DNA of 56,683 nt, filler included, from Jimgerdemannia flammicorona (lineage: Eukaryota), in assembly GCA_003990765.1 (NCBI GenBank). It is 3 parts of 3 records of this genome, joined end to end, with 100 filler letters (N's around TTAATTAATTAA, not from the genome) between each part and the next. Parts side by side here need not be neighbours in the genome. Positions count along the whole stretch, not along the records: positions 37,860 to 56,683 come from RBNJ01002100.1; 2 more parts are not named here. One strand, 5' to 3'. Of this stretch, positions 46,501-56,683 are shown one piece after another. The position numbers and the translations under genes were made by a program. The notes beneath the pieces are model-generated. The model made no database searches. It saw only the letters and a list, made by a program, of their open reading frames with translations, and was not told where the DNA came from. The first letter of the stretch is position 1, and each line of letters starts with the position of its first letter.

Positions 46501-49465
46501 AGCCATCTTCACCCAGATGTCCTTCATCTATAGATCCCACAACATCTTCTCAGCCAGCAGAGAGGAGTTAAGGCACCAATGTCCAGGTCCATCTCCACTC
46601 CCCCCAAACTGCTCCTGCTCTAAGAGCCTCCAGTGATCAGACCATAGGCACCACTCCATCTCCAGAGATCTTCAAACATCTATACCCCAGTATTTAGCAG
46701 TTAGAATCCAGTCAATCCTCATACCCAGTCCATTCACCCAGTGTATGTAAACTCTCTTTTCACTCTACCATAGTCTGTCCATATCTCCTAAGGAGCTCAG
46801 GTTCTCTATCTCCTCTCAGGTATCCAGACTACTACTCCTCCCACCTATACTTCTCCCACCATCTGTCCTATCTAACTGTGGATTCTGCACCATATTAAAG
46901 TCACTTCTCAGAATATCCACTCCTTCCTCCAAAAGAATACTCTCCTCTAAAAGATTTCTAACCCACTCAATCTACTCACCCCTAGCTGCAGAGCAGTAGT
47001 AGGAGCCAATCCTCACTGGTTCCTTCCCAGGTTGATGTCATTCTTCCCAGACCAATCAGTCACCCTAGCTCCTGACTCTACCCAAATCTCCTCTACCCCT
47101 CCTCACCAGAATTACCACTTTGCCAATCTAAGTAGTAGCTTCTTCCCATTCTCTAGTCTACCTCACCTGATCCTCCTCATCCTCACACCATATATTTTGC
47201 AGTAAAAAGAGATCAGCTTTCAATCTCTTAAGCCAAGTAAAAATATTCTTATACTGCCCAGATCCCCTTAGCTCATTCACATTCAGAGAGAAAATATTAG
47301 TTATACTATTCATAAGGAATAATATTAAATATCAGTCACATCCTTTACAAGTCTGCATTCAACTTCTCCTGTACCAAGTCCAAGTCATGTTCAGTAGCCA
47401 GTACCTTCTCTTCTGCCACCTGTACCTCTAGCCCATCCAGAAGTTCAGCCATTGCCCTATTCTCATTTTCCTCAAAATCCTCACAATACTCCAAGTATGC
47501 CTTCTGTCAGAGTTGCAAACCATGATGCTTTGCCCAACAGTAGGCAGCTCACTCACTAGCAATGACTGCCAACTCAGCCTCTCTTTTCTTATCAACCACA
47601 TAACCTTCCTCCTCCAGGAAGATCACAAGTATCTCTACCTTCAGTACCTCTACTACCCCATCTCCATATAGAATCTATGCCCAATGCTCCTCACTCATCA
47701 CTCATAGGTCTACTTCTCCCAATTCCTCAGCAATAAAGTTATTCATCATCTTGCTTATCTACAGCAGGTTCTCTACCTCCTTCCCTCCAGGTATCCCTGG
47801 CCTTCCTGTATCCAGCATTATGGTATCAGCCTTTATACTAGTAGTCTCATCCCACCTCTTCTCTGAGATATCCACCAGCTCATCCTTACCAACTATCACT
47901 ACTTGTTCTCCTTTTATCATATTAGAAATCCCAAAGTGTACCCACTATGCACCCCTCATTAGCTCATCCTCTGCCACTCCACTTCTTACAACTGGACCCC
48001 ATCTGACTAGTAAGAGAGTGTCATCAATGACTGGTTCCCAGACTTCAAACATACCATCAGTAAAAGAGTTCTTGTGAGGTACCTTCCCAGCCTCTTCCAG
48101 TCCCTCCTCCATATCTTCTCCTCTCTTACTAGTCCAGTCACTTGCCTCTATACCTGCAGACTTCTCAGTACCCCCAGCCTTCATCTTTACCCCTCTTTCC
48201 ATACTTACTAGTAGCTCTCTCTGCCTCTGGCACCTTGAGCCCTCTTCCACTACCTCTTATCAGTATGAATATACTTCCCTTCAACAATCTCCAGATGTGT
48301 CAACTCTATATACAACTTCCAAGCCTTTGCCCTCCACTCAATAGCATCACTCAACTCCTCCAGAGTTTCCAAAAGTCCTCCTCCTTCTCTTCACTCTCTT
48401 TCACTCTTGATATTTTGCAGATAAAAGCTCCCTACATCAATACTGAAGACCAGTCACTTGTCTTCCCCATGGCCTTCCTTTCAGCCAGTCTAATTCTGAC
48501 ATCCACATTATCTGTTCTGAAGATAGTCTCCTCCTACATCTGGAAACTGACATCAACTATATCACCATATTTCACCATCACCTCTTCCACCCTCTTCTTA
48601 GTCTCCTTCTTTGTCACCATAGGCACTCTCTTCACTAGTAACTATACCATCCTGGGTTCCCACCTCAAGCACTATACTATAGGGACTACTACCTCCCCTA
48701 TGGCCACTCTAGTCTTCAAAGCCTCCTCCAATAGACCCACCTTCTTGAAGCCCACCTCTACTCTCTCTAACCCCTTCAGAAACTTCACTGAGGCTGTTCT
48801 AGCCACCTACTCCAAAATAAGCCCCAGAACCATTCTTGCTGTCACTGCCAAGCCCCTGAAGCTCAAGATTGCTATAAACACCAAAATTGACTTCTTGAGT
48901 AATGGTACCACTGCTAGCCCCATTACACCATCAGCCAGATCTCTTTTCTACTTTGGGCCCATCTGCTCTACTTTCTCATCAATAGTCACATCTGGATTTT
49001 TTTTCTAGATTCCCAGTCATGCTATCATCAGTAGTTCTGCCACTACTCCTAGCAGTTATCCCATCAGCCCTGTCTCCCACCAGCTGAGGTCCAGCACCTC
49101 TAGCTTCTCCAATCTTCTACTTTTCCTTCCCTCCTATCTGCCCACTCTGAGTTCTTACCAGCCAACTGCCAGTCTATAGTATGTCCAAAAGCTCCTCCCC
49201 TTCTACCCTCCAGCCTCACCACCAGTGTCACTTCTACTGTCTGAGCTGTCCTGCTCACTTGGGCCACTGAAAGACCCATCTCAAGCCCATACCCTTATCT
49301 GACATATTGCTAGTCAAAGGCCCCAGGTCTACCTGACCTAGTATGTGTGTCTGCTTGCTTGCTGTTTACTATTATCTTAGAACCTTTCTCTAATAAATAA
49401 CTTGAAAGTATGTTATAAAAGTGTGTGTAATGTGAATTGTAGCAGAGAAAGGTAGCTGTGTCTAC
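43600..49465 (-). mobile_element. Near full-length degenerate L1/Tx1-like LINE (ORF1 about 49020-47340; ORF2 APE+RT from 47313; poly(A) tail)
   Basis: APE: IFSLNVNELRG...WLKRLKADLFLLQ, SDH, WCLNSSLL. RT: RPIILL, QQGFV, LDQEKVYD, GVPQGDPLSPILY, FADD. Poly(T) at 43600-43623 on the + strand. Confidence 0.92.
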
Positions 49466-52325
49466 TAATCTTCTCAATAACTTCCACCTCTCAGTCTGTC
49501 CATAAGGAACTATCCTCTAATAAAGAAGAATTCAGTCACCAATATCTGGACCCATCCCCACTTCCCCCAAATCTCTCACCCCCTATCAGATCTCAGTGAT
49601 CTGACTACAGGCATCAAACCACCTCCAGCATGTCTCAGATATCTACTCTCCAGTACTCTGCTATCAATACCCAGTTAATCCTGGAGCCCAGCCCTGTCAC
49701 CCAGTGAGTATAAATTCAATGATCTACCCAAAACTATCACCCTGAATCAACCAAGGAGCTCAATCTCTCAATCTCCATCCAATCATCCAACCCACTACTT
49801 CTGCCTCTTATTTCTCTCCTACTATTAGTTCTATCTATCCCATTATTATATACTATGTTGAAATCCCCCCCCCCCAGGCAATCAATCTCTGTCTCATCCA
49901 TAACATCAGTCTCTCTTAAGTCTCTGATCCAATCTATGCATTCCCTCTTCTCAGCTGGGCAATAACATGATCCAATAGTTAAAGGGTTCTACCCCAGTCT
50001 CTTCCATATTCCCTACACCAACCTACTCTCCTAATGTCCAATGTCCTCAATATTTCTCATTCTCTTTCAAACCAGAATGCCTACATACCCAATCCACATA
50101 GCTACTCTATTCCATTCTCTAGTCCAGTTCTATAAATCCATATCTACCTCATACTATACATCCTGCAGTAAGAAAAGATCCACATCCAGTCACCTCAGCC
50201 AGCCAAAGATATTCCTTCACTATGTCACTCCCCACAACCCATTTATGTTCAATAAAAAGATTCTAGTTATACTATTTATATTGAAAAAATATTTGATAGC
50301 AAGAGCCCAGTCTAGAATTCTATACTCATTCCATCTCCAGCTAGGTCCAAATACTGCTCTGTCTCCAAATCATCCTCTGCTACAGCCTGAGCATCCAGTA
50401 CTTCCAAGATCTCCTGACACTCCACTCTATCCACAACCTCTATTTCTGTCTGATAATCTGTACATACTACTCTCTACTTCTCCAACTCCTTCCTTGAGCC
50501 CTATAAGTATGCTACCCAGTCATTCACAATTTCCTGAAGGGCTTCCTTCCTCTGATCATCAACTTAATATTTCTCTGACTCCAAGAGTACCACCAGAATT
50601 TCATTCTTAATCTTTCTTGGCACTTCCTCCCTATAAAGAATTTCCTCCTAATATCTATCACTTAGTACTCAGAAGTCCTCTTTCCTAAGCTCCTCAGCCA
50701 TCACCCTCTCTAAAGTCTTCCATAGTTACTTCTCTTCTTCTACTGCCTCAGCAATACTCTGGGCAACTCTCTTGACTCCCACTACAGGGTCCATCAAAGC
50801 ACTCCTCCTTTCTGATTCATCTCACTCCTCCTCCAATATGTCCAGTAGTTTCTCCTCCCCTTTTGCCCTGCTCAGGACACCATACTGAGGGTGAGCCTCT
50901 TCTCATATTTCTACATCCTCCACTACTCTGCCCAGTCCCTCCTTGCTCAATCTATCTGAGGCCACATTCAGAGCCATCTCATGCTCTCTAGCTCAGGTAC
51001 TCTCCCTCAGTCCAGCACCACCTTCTCTTACCCTGCTATCTGCCATACCTTCTCCCATCTTCACCAACAACTTCTTCTGGATTTGCCTCCTCTGTATCTT
51101 CTCCCAGGTCCTCTTGTTTATTCTGATTCTCTTTTCATCTACAATCTCTATCACTATTTTAGCCTCATACTTCTTCCAAGTCAGTCTCCTCCTCTCAACC
51201 ACTCCTGCCAGATTCTCAAGAGCCTCCAGTAAGTCCTCCTCTTCCTCAGGTATCTCCTTCATCCTTGAGACCTTGTACTCAACTTGTTCCCACTTAAGAA
51301 TAGCAGGCCAGTCCCTTGTCCTCTCTATATTCTCTCTTCCAGCTAGCTTCATCCTGATATCAATGTCTCTTGTTCTGAGTTCAGTATCTTCCCAAACTCA
51401 GAATCTGATGTCTATGATCTCTCTATACTCCTTGACCACCTTCACAATCAGCTCTCTGGTCCTCTCCCTCAATACCATAATACTGTCAACTATACTACTT
51501 GAGAGTTCCAGCACATATATCTGACCATAGGAACCACTACTTTACCCACTATTACTCTCTTCTCTACAGCCTCCAACAATGATACCTCTTTCTCAAATCT
51601 AACCTCAACTTTTTCTTTCCTCTTCAAGAACTTCACCAAAGCCACTCCCTTCACCTCTTGTACCACCAACTCTAAAATTATCCTCACAGTTACTACTAAG
51701 CCTCAGAAGTACAAAGTGATAGTAAATTCTGACCTCAACTTCTTGAGTAATAGTGCTGACATCATACCAGTTATGCTATCTGCCAGGTCCCCAGGCCTTG
51801 TGCCCTCCCTCTGTCCTGATCCACCAACAGTTATTATATCTGGATTTTTTTCCAGATCCCCAGTCATAGCTTCATCAGTAGTCACATCTCTAGCCCCTAC
51901 ACCTCCCCCCTCTCTACTGCTCAACCCTCTCATGGGGGCCCCTTACTGTCTCCTAACTAAAGCTATCAGCACCTTCCCCAGTTCTAACTAACTATCCAGA
52001 CCAGATGTCATTCTCCTCATCTTAACCTTGTCAGCAAAGATCATTCTCCCCTCTTTTTATTTCTACAATCTATCTCTCTCTCCACCACTAATGCTATGAT
52101 CAACCATAGAAGGCTCTAGTATTCCCAAACTATCTCCTTACCTCTTTCCAACATGCTGCCAGTCAAAGGCACTGCTGCTCCCCTAGCTGACATACTCATC
52201 AGTACATTCATTGCTACATATCTATATTGATAGTCTCCTTTCATCAAAAACATTATAGAAAGTGTTGTCTGAGTCTTATATCATCTGAATATTACCAGTG
52301 AAAGGTGTTAGCTGATCTGTGCCTA
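49466..52325 (-). mobile_element. Second related LINE, 5' portion only (5'UTR, ORF1, APE endonuclease)
   Basis: APE start INSITRIFLLNINGL...IFGWLR*LDVDLFLLQD at about 50279, with SDH...LNSSLL near 49600-49500. ORF1 is similar to that of the adjacent LINE, and the 5' termini are similar (CAGCT..ACCTTTC). Confidence 0.85.
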
Positions 52326-52759
52326 TCAGGGATCTCTCTCTTCTCTAATGATCAATCTTTGTCTCAATGTCCTCCACTTATTCTCTCTATAGCTCTCTCT
52401 CCTTCAGCAAGAAGAAGTTGAGATACTAATGTTTAGATCTATTTTCACTCTTACCAAACTATCTCTGACCTAATAATCCTTAATGATCAGATCAAGAATA
52501 CTACTTTATTTAAGATTTCTCAAATATTTAGCCCCTAGTAATTAGCAGTCAAAATTTAGTTTATTCTTATTTCTAATCTATTTATTCAGTATATATAGAT
52601 CCTCTTATCACTTTATACTATTCTGTTAGTATCTACTAATGAACTTAATTCTTCAGACCTCTATTAGGATTAATAGTACCTCTCTCTTTATTAGTTCTAT
52701 CTACTAGTATATTATATATCATATTAAAGCTCTTCTCAGTATATTTATACTAGTTTTAG

Positions 52760-54830
52760 CTAGGGCTTCTCTCTTTTTTTTTCCTGTTATTGTAATAAAT
52801 ATATAATAAAAAGAGTTCTTTTAAAATATTTGATCAGACTTTAGCTAGAACCTTATAGTAGTATATAGTTTTTCTAATATGTTTTAATTATGGCCTATTT
52901 TACTTTATTAATATACTACTACTCTCAGCTCTGATATTTATAGTATTGAAGCTTCAAGTATAAATTCAATACTGTATAAAGAGAGTGAGTTTAGCAGAGA
53001 GTTTTTTTGAGAGAGAAAGATAGTAATACTGACTTATTAGTATTAATTGAGAAAATAATAGTATTTATTTTAAAGTAGTATTTTCTAAGCTTGCTCAAGA
53101 CAGTCTCTATAGTATATATTTAAATCAGACCTAGTTAGAATTTATTGCTATTCTCTAACTTATCCTTCTATTTGTCTTCTAGTTAGTCAATCAAGAGATT
53201 ATATACTGAAATTGTAGAGCTTACTATCAGAGTAACTTGTTTGACTATTTTCTTTATATATTTATTAAAATACTATTAGGTAAAAATAGTAAATAGTTAT
53301 ATTACTAATAGGAGAGAGAGTAACTAAAATAAATATAGAACCAAAGTAGTCTTTTATATACTTCTAAAATTCTGATAATACTCCTCAATATATCTCACTT
53401 ATCTTCATCAATAGTCTTACTCTACATATCTTTATTAATAGTAATTGTAGAATATATCAACTTTTTAATATATATATATATATTGAATTTAATTAATATA
53501 TTTCAGCTAACTAAAAACTGATTTGCATTAGCTAACAAAAATACTAGCTATAACAAACTCTAGTATATATTTGATTATTGCATATATTGAGTTTTAATAA
53601 ATATAAATATCTAATATTAACTCTTTAGAGACTAAACTAATAGCTCTATATTATATAGCAAATTTATCTTATTATTATAGAGATGATCAGATTATTACAA
53701 TAAGTTTATATAGCTTAGAAATAATATTCAGATTTCTACTACTAATTCTACCTTTACTTAGAATATTTTATCTATATATGAGATAATTCTATATAGTAAG
53801 ATTCAGTATATGGGTCTAATAATATATATAGTAATTTTCTATATCAAAGAGCATATTTTTCTGTTCAAGATTAGTACTTCTAATAAATTAAATTGAATTG
53901 AATTTGATTCAAATTTAATTCAATTTGAGATCTAATTTGAACTCTATTTTTCAAAATATAATAACTCAATAAATATATATCCAAATTCAATGATCTTTAG
54001 CTTGTTAGATTTCTTTTATATAGGAAAATCCAATAAGCTAAATATCTATAAATTTGGATATATATTCATTAAGTTATTATTTCAAAAAATAGGGTTTGAA
54101 TTGAACCCTTAATTTGATTTAAATTGAAAAATACCCAATTCAATTCAATTTAAATTAATTTGATTTGTTTGGGAGCAATATTCAAGGTTAACTGCTAAAA
54201 TATAAAAAAATATCATTATTTATAGTATTATCTATTATAATAGTCAAAATCTATACTTGAAATTTTTAGAAGACAATTTTGTAAAAAATAGTTTTAAAAT
54301 AATAAATTATTAAAAAAAAAAAAGTCTTTATTTAGTTTTCTCCAACTAGAAAATAGTAAGTACTCTCTTCTTTTATCTTAATTATAATCTCAAACTAATA
54401 GAATATATTTAATAAAAGTATCTATAATAATTTCTTCTAAATAAGGACTCTTAAGTTTGATAAAGTTAAGAGTAAGATATTGAAGCCACCAATTGATATC
54501 AATTTAATTACTAGTAATGTTCAGAATAAAATACTATTGAGAGATATCTATATATTGATTATAAATAAAATTCTATTTGTTAAATTCTATTTATTTGATA
54601 TAAGATTAGATTATTGAGCATTTTTTTTTTGGAGGAGGGAAGAGAAGAAGAGAGAATTATAATATTATAATATTATTCTTATTTTATCTGAAGTATCTGA
54701 TAGAGATTATTATACTCTTTCTTATAGATCTTTAAGATATTATTATGAACAGTATCAGTATTTAACAGATGTAAATCATACTTGAGAAAGACAAAAATAC
54801 TATACAATTAATTACTCTCAATAGTTATAA
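52760..54830 (-). pseudogene. hAT transposase copy C, highly eroded and interrupted by a MITE
   Basis: Colinear with about 41900-43597 and 25970-27480, with many C-to-T/G-to-A changes. Confidence 0.8.
53872..54180. mobile_element. hAT-type MITE (309 bp)
   Basis: Ends TAGTACTTCTAA and TTGGGAGCAATA. 8-bp TSD TTCAAGAT / TTCAAGGT. Confidence 0.85.
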
Positions 54831-54946
54831 ATAATTAGTATATATATATATGTATATATAATTTAGCAAATATACTGATTTTGAAACTCTGCTAAAATAT
54901 ATAGTTAAATAATTTTAATTAAATAGAGTTATTGGTATAAGAGAGT

Positions 54947-55303
54947 TAGTGCTCCCAAATAAGTTGAATCAATTCAAATCAAATCAAAAGTCAAATTGAA
55001 TTGAGGGTCTGATTCAAACCCTAATTTTCAAAATGCAATAACTCAGCATAAACTCATTCAAATCTAACATACTTTAGCTTGTTAGAATCACATTAATATG
55101 GTGAATCTAACAAGCTAAAATATGTTAAATTTGGATGAGTTTTAGTCGAGTTATTACATTTTGAAAATTAAGGTTCAAATCGAACTTTGAATCAAATTGG
55201 ACCTTTGATTTGATTTGAATTAAATCGAATTAGACCCTTGATTCAATCGAATTGAATTGAGTTTAGGCCAAATTCAATTCAATTCGATTTGTTGGGAGCA
55301 CTA
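54947..55303. mobile_element. hAT-type MITE (357 bp), young copy
   Basis: Perfect 12-bp TIR TAGTGCTCCCAA/TTGGGAGCACTA, perfect 8-bp TSD AAGAGAGT, and a few CpGs still present. Confidence 0.93.
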
Positions 55304-55510
55304 AAGAGAGTTAGGTAATTATATTTTAAAAGATAACTATACTTATTATAACTTGAAAGTTGATTTTATTTATTTCTATATTTTTTTTAATATTACTAAA
55401 TATCTTTCTCTTATATATTAATATATATTTAAAGTCAAACTACTATATATCTTGAACTTCTAACTATAATATATGAAGTTGACTAAGTTAAGTAAGATCA
55501 ATATTATCTC

Positions 55511-56683
55511 CTTTCTCCACTACCTTACCAGTTACAAGATTTGGTAAACAATCTTCTGAGTTCCCTTTTTCCTATTATTATCCCCTCTACCTCAGGTTGG
55601 TTTACTATGCCTGCATAAGCATAGTGGGAGAAGAGCAATGATGATGAGTTGCCCCTTTATCAGTGTCAGATCAGTGTCTTCTCCACTTTTTTATAGTTTC
55701 TGATATCTTTGGCTGTGTATGGAGTGCATCTGTTTTAGTGTGGTACCTTCTTTCTTTTGCTGTCACCAATAAGGTGCTGTCTCAATATATCTTGAGCTAT
55801 ATAGGGAGTTGGCTGACCTTGGACATTAAGTGCTCAGTATAGGTTACCTACAGATCTTCAGTGCCTATGGTAGGGCCCTCTGGCTTTGGCGAGCTTCCTG
55901 GTGAGTACAGTTCTGACATAGGTGACTGCTTTTTGGATATTGTCGGAATGAGAGGGGAGATAGTCATCACAGATAGGAGAAAGGGCGATAACAGTGAATC
56001 AGTAGGGTGCCAGGCTGGGGGCAGTTGTTGGAGCTGGGACAGTGCTGCTTCAGTGGGGCCTTTTGATTGATGCAGTATGGTTAGGTAGTAGGTATCACTC
56101 TTGACTTCTTTTGGCGATCAGCAGGGTTGGGCTCCAGTCATCAGGAGGGGTCAGAGGGCCCGAGACTACTCATTTCAGATATCTTGGCTGCACTTAACTA
56201 GAACTAGGAGCTGATACATATAGCAACATGATCAAGGCCCACAGACTTGAGTAGTGGGATATTGGGGGTTTCTTCTTGCCTCATGTGTAAGTTCTTTACT
56301 CACCTTGATTGGGAGAACTAGGCCCTACCCACCATATTGTACTTTGATGAGAGTTTTTCTTTACCTATTATTCTCTTTAGGGTGATAAGGGCTATTCTAT
56401 TTAACTTGAGTGTAGCCTTGTATATATGTTGGGTTCTCAGGCATGCGCTTTTGGTCATTGGCATATGATTGGGTTCCCCTGATGGTAGGGAGAACATGGT
56501 ATACAGAATGAGATATGGGTCAACATAGGCCCTGCTATATTTGACATAGTTGAGCTACTAGACAATAGCTAGCCTAGATTAATGGAGGAGCAGTGCTTGG
56601 TGGGTGGTTGGGGAGGGTTTTGGCCTATATAGTCTAGGTTCCCTTCCAATAAAATTCCGTGAGATATGAGTCTATTAAAAAAA
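55511..56683 (+). mobile_element. About 1.2-kb poly(A)-ended non-LTR element, second copy
   Basis: Colinear with 19457-20288 plus 21610-21942. Ends AATAAA...GAGTCTATT plus A-run at the window edge. Confidence 0.8.

Noticed and set aside
48142..51991. Long + strand ORFs (288, 189 and 193 aa)
   Set aside because: Ser/Leu-rich antisense shadows of the minus-strand LINE ORFs.

Overview
Eukaryotic, intron-rich fungal DNA. The gene content (TKL kinase plus Sel1 repeats, Net1/Dnt1-like protein) and repeat load suggest an early-diverging lineage such as Mucoromycota; this is inference. Two 100-bp N/TTAATTAATTAA linkers (18831-18930, 37760-37859) split the window into three contigs, so adjacency across them is not guaranteed. 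Two CpG-retaining gene islands alternate sharply with CpG-depleted, C-to-T hypermutated transposon blocks. Island 1 (about 3.8-18.8 kb) holds a kinase-Sel1 pseudogene, an FLVCR-like MFS transporter, a MOCS1 (moaA+moaC) locus, a Sel1 relic, a PQ-loop transporter and USE1. Island 2 (about 28-37.7 kb) holds an S4/RluD-like plus HemK fusion gene, a nucleoplasmin-FKBP, SEC20 and a Net1/Dnt1-like gene. The repeat blocks contain a dUTPase-bearing Ty3/gypsy pol, L1/Tx1-like LINEs, intron-containing hAT transposases with a second cargo ORF, and hAT MITEs with 8-bp TSDs. Most notable: (1) an apparently catalytically dead RluA/RluD pseudouridine-synthase scaffold fused to a HemK/PrmC methyltransferase; (2) an animal-style MOCS1 locus where a splice donor hidden in the moaA coding sequence can skip the stop codon to give an in-frame MoaA-MoaC fusion; (3) RIP-like repeat hypermutation, with a protected CpG island carried inside a hAT element.
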